Assembly: GCA_002189035.1 (NCBI GenBank) | Contig: NEEC01000211.1 | Span: forward strand, 1-22,550 | From: Utricularia gibba | Taxonomy: Eukaryota; Plantae; Magnoliophyta | DNA: 22,550 nt | Reading direction: 5' to 3' | Part shown: positions 18,401 to 22,550 of the stretch, in pieces | Layout: every line of letters starts with the position of its first letter | How positions within the stretch are numbered: position 1 is the first letter of the stretch | Translations under genes and position numbers: made by a program | Notes under the pieces: model-generated | Databases searched by the model: none | Seen by the model: only the letters and a program-made list of their open reading frames with translations | What the model was told of the DNA's origin: nothing

Positions 18401-21400
18401 GCTCATGAGGTCAACCGATTGCAAATTGATTAAAAAAAATGATGCCTCTGTTTAAATTACTATATCACGTGCACCCCACATGATTTTTTCAACAACTTAC
18501 TTTATACTTGAGGAGGCGGTCTTGGGGTGCACCTGGAACGGCACAAAGGTCAGGGTCGGCTTGGGCCAAGAGTTAGTTGTAGCCCGGCAAATAAAATGTT
18601 GGTCCGGGCCCCCAATTCTTTATGCCTCATGAGGACAAAGGATGCAAATCCATGAATACAATGATGCATTTGTTTAAATTACGATATCACGTGCACCCTA
18701 CATGATTTTTTGAACAACTTTATACTTGAGGAGGTGGTCTTGGGGGGCAAGAGGAACCGGACAAAGGTCACCATAGGCTTTGGCCGAAAGTAAGTTGTAG
18801 CCCGACAAAGAAAAAGATGCATGTATTAACGTTCGGTTTTCCGGGTTGCTTACAGGGTTTTTCAAGGAACAACTTCTCCTTTAGTGGCGGCCAGTCTCGC
18901 TAGGAACTTGGTCCGGGCCCCTGATTCTTTATGGCTCATGAGGAACAAGGATGCAAATCGATAAATACAATGATGCATTTGTTTAAATTACGATATCACG
19001 TGCACCCTACATGATTTTTTCAACAACTTACTTTATACTTGAGGAGGTGGTCTTCGGGGGTAAGAGGAACCGGAGAAAGGTCACCATAGGCTTTGGCCGA
19101 AAGTAAGTTGTAGCCCGACAAAGAAAAAGATGCATGTATTAACGTTCGGTTTTCCGGGTTGCTTACAGGGTTTTTCAAGGAACAACTTCTCCTTTAGTGG
19201 CGGCCAGTCTCGCTAGGAACTTGGTCCGGGCCCCTGATTCTTTATGGCTCATGAGGACAAAGGATGCAAATCGATAAATACAAAGATGCATTTGTTTAAA
19301 TTACGATATCACGTGCACCCTACATGATATTTTCAACAACTTACTTTATACTTGAGGAGGCGGTCTTGGGGGGCAAGAGGAACCGGACAAAGGTCAGCTT
19401 AGGCTTGGGCCGAAGTAAGTTGTAGCCCGGCAAATAAAGTGATAAATTTATTAACGTTCAGTTTTCGGGGGCTGCCTACATGGTTTTTCAAGGAACAGCT
19501 TCTCGTTTTGTGACGGCCTGTCTCGCTGGGAACTTGGTCCTTGACCCCGATTATGTATGGCTCGTGAGGTCAACCGGATGCAAATCGATTAAAAAAAATG
19601 ATGCCTTTGTTTAAATTACGATATCACGTGCACCCACATGATTTTTTCAACAACTTACTTTATACTTAGGGGAGGCGGTCTTGGGGGCAAGAGGAACCGG
19701 ACAAAGGTCAGCTTAGGCTTGGGCCGAAAGTAAGTTGTAGCCCGGCAAATAAAGTGATAATTTATTAACGTTCAGTTTTCGGGGGCTGCCTACATGGTTT
19801 TTCAAGGAACAGCTTCTCGTTTTGTGGCGGCCAGTCTCGCTGGGAACTTGGTCCTTGACCCGATTCTGTATGGCTCATGAGGTCAACCGGATGGAAATCG
19901 ATTAAAGAAAATGATGCCTTTCTTTAAATTACGATATCACGTGCACCCACATGATTTTTTCAACAACTTGCTTTATACTTGTGGAGGCGGTCTTCGGGTG
20001 CACCTGGATCGCGACAAAGGTCAGGTTTGGCTTGCGCCGAGAGTTAGTTGTAACACGGCAAATAAATTGATGTATTTATTAACGTTCAGTTTTCGGGGGC
20101 TGCCTACATGGTTTTTCAAGGAACAGCTTGTCGTTTTGTGGCGGCTAGTCTCGCTGGGAACTTGGTCCTTGACCGCGATTATGTATGGCTCATGAGGTCA
20201 ACCGATTGCAAATTGATTAAAAAAAAATGATGCCTCTGTTTAAATTACCATATCACGTGCACCCCACATGATTTTTTAAACAACTTACTTTATACTTGAG
20301 GAGGCGGTCTTGGGTGCACCTGGAACGGCACAAAGGTCAGGGTCGGCTTGGGCCAAGAGTTAGTTGTAGCCCGGCAAATAAAATGTTGGTCCGGGCCCCG
20401 ATTCTTTATGCCTCATGAGGACAAAGGATGCAAATCCATGAATACAATGATGCATTTGTTTAAATTACGATATCACGTGCACCCTACATGATTTTTTGAA
20501 CAACTTTATACTTGAGGAGGTGGTCTTGGGGGGCAAGAGGAACCGGACAAAGGTCACCATAGGCTTTGGCCGAAAGTAAGTTGTAGCCCCGACAAAGAAA
20601 AAGATGCATGTATTAACGTTCGGTTTTCCGGGTTGCTTACAGGGTTTTTCAAGGAACAACTTCTCCTTTAGTGGCGGCCAGTCTCGCTAGGAACTTGGTC
20701 CGGGCCCCTGATTCTTTATGGCTCATGAGGACAAAGGATGCAAATCGATAAATACAATGATGCATTTGTTTAAATTACGATATCACGTGCACCCTACATG
20801 ATTTTTCAACAACTTACTTTATACTTGAGGAGGTGGTCTTCGGGGTAAGAGGAACCGGAGAAAGGTCACCATAGGCTTTGGCCGAAAGTAAGTTGTAGCC
20901 CGACAAAGAAAAAGATGCATGTATTAACGTTCGGTTTTCCGGGTTGCTTACAGGGTTTTTCAAGGAACAACTTCTCCTTTAGTGCGGCCAGTCTCGCTAG
21001 GAACTTGGTCCGGCCCCTGATTCTTTATGGCTCATGAGGACAAAGGATGCAACAAAGATGCATTTGTTTAAATTACGATATCACGTGCACCCTACATGAT
21101 TTTTCACAACAACTTACTTTATACTTGAGGAGTCTTGGGGGCAAGAGGAACCGGACAAAGGTCAGCTTAGGCTTGGCCGAAAGTAAGTTGTAGCCCGGCA
21201 AATAAAGTGATAAATTTATTAACGTTCAGTTTTCGGGGGCTGCCTACATGGTTTTTCAAGGAACAGCTTCTCGTTTTGTGACGGCCTGTCTCGCTGGGAA
21301 CTTGGTCCTTGACCCCGATTATGTATGGCTCGTGAGGTCAACCGAATGCAAATCGATTAAAAAAATGATGCCTTTGTTTAAATTACGATACCACGTGCAC

Positions 21401-22550
21401 CCCACATGATTTTTTCAACAACTTGCTTTATACTTGTGGAGGCGGTCTTGGGGTGCACCTGGAACGGGAAAGGTTTGGCTTGCGCCGAGAGTTAGTTGTA
21501 ACACGGCAAATAAAGTGATGTATTTATTAACGTTCAGTTTTCGGGGCTGCCTACATGGTTTTTCAAGGAACAGCTTCTCATTTTGTGGCGGACAGTCTCG
21601 CTGGGAACTTGGTCCGGGCCCCCGATTCTTTTATGGCTCATGAGGTCAACCGGATGGAAATCGATTAAAGAAAATGATGCCTTTCTTTAAATTACGATAT
21701 CACGTGCACCCACATGATTTTTTCAACAACTTGCTTTATACTTGTGGAGCGGTCTTCGGGTGCACCTGGAACGCGACAAAGGTCAGGTTTGGCTTGCGCC
21801 GAGAGTTAGTTGTAACACGGCAAATAAATTGATGTATTTATTAACGTTCAGTTTTCGGGGGCTGCCTACATGGTTTTTCAAGGAACAGCTTGTCGTTTTG
21901 TGGCGGCTAGTCTCGCTGGGAACTTGGTCCTTGACCGCGATTATGTATGGCTCATCGTCAACCGATTGCAAATTGATTAAAAAAAATGATGCCTCTGTTT
22001 AAATTACCATATCACGTGCACCCCACATGATTTTTTTAAACAACTTACTTTATACTTGAGGAGGCGGTCTTGGGTGCACCTGGAACGGCACAAAGGTCAG
22101 GGTCGGCTTGGGCAAGAGTTAGTTGTAGCCCGGCAAAATAAAATGTTGGTCCGGGCCCCCGATTCTTTATGCCTCATGAGGACAAAGGATGCAAATCCAT
22201 GAATACAATGATGCATTTGTTTAAATTACGATATCACGTGCACCCTACATGATTTTTTGAACAACTTTATACTTGAGGAGGTGGTCTTGGGGGCAAGAGG
22301 AACCGGACAAAGGTCACCATAGGCTTTGGCCGAAAGTAAGTTGTAGCCCGACAAAGAAAAAGATGCATGTATTAACGTTCGGTTTTCCGGGTTGCTTACA
22401 GGGTTTTTCAAGGAACAACTTCTCTTTAGTGGCGGCCAGTCTCGCTAGGAACTTGGTCCGGGCCCCTGATTCTTTATGGCTCATGAGGAAAAGGATGCAA
22501 ATCGATAAATACAATGATGCATTTTTTAAATTACGATATCACGTGCACCC
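15435..22550 (+). repeat. Tandem satellite array, ~312 bp monomer (~23 copies), running off the window end
   Basis: Same anchors and period as the other blocks. Confidence 0.97.
17510..22550 (+). repeat. Higher-order repeat: one 5-mer (~1.47 kb) followed by 6-mer units (~1.76-1.79 kb)
   Basis: The deletion junction AATAAAATGTTGGTCCGGG recurs at 18594, 20381 and 22141. The variant AAAGAAAAAGATGCATG occurs at ~17647, 18807, 19120, 20594, 20905 and 22353. Confidence 0.88.

Noticed and set aside
9051-22550. CRISPR-like array
   Set aside because: The repeats are contiguous ~312-bp monomers without unique spacers, no cas genes are present, and the context is eukaryotic retrotransposons.
364-22550. 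Assignment to a named satellite family or species
   Set aside because: Monomer length alone is not diagnostic and I do not recognise the sequence. A BLAST/PlantSat search is needed.

Overview
This is eukaryotic (plant-type) satellite heterochromatin, probably centromeric or pericentromeric; no host genes, RNA genes or CRISPR are supported. Most of the window is a tandem array of ~312-314 bp monomers, each a diverged dimer of ~155+157 bp subunits. A full-length 6,718 bp Ty3/gypsy centromeric retrotransposon of the CRM clade interrupts the array on the minus strand (2333-9050). It has 603 bp LTRs with 4 differences, a tRNA-Met PBS, a PPT and a gag-pol broken only at homopolymer runs. Its integrase CR motif extends into the 3' LTR, and it has no target-site duplication. 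At 13948-15433 a Ty1/copia remnant (312 bp LTR, PBS, gag start) and a second LTR fragment bracket an ~830 bp inverted satellite block. A young 5-6-mer higher-order repeat occupies ~17.5-22.55 kb. The first ~360 bp is a much more diverged, oppositely oriented relative of the same satellite. The notable signals concern satellite and TE dynamics: repair scars, an inversion, HOR birth and breakpoints clustering by subunit phase. I found no new protein-coding system. The species and the satellite family cannot be named from the sequence alone, and all alignments were done by eye.
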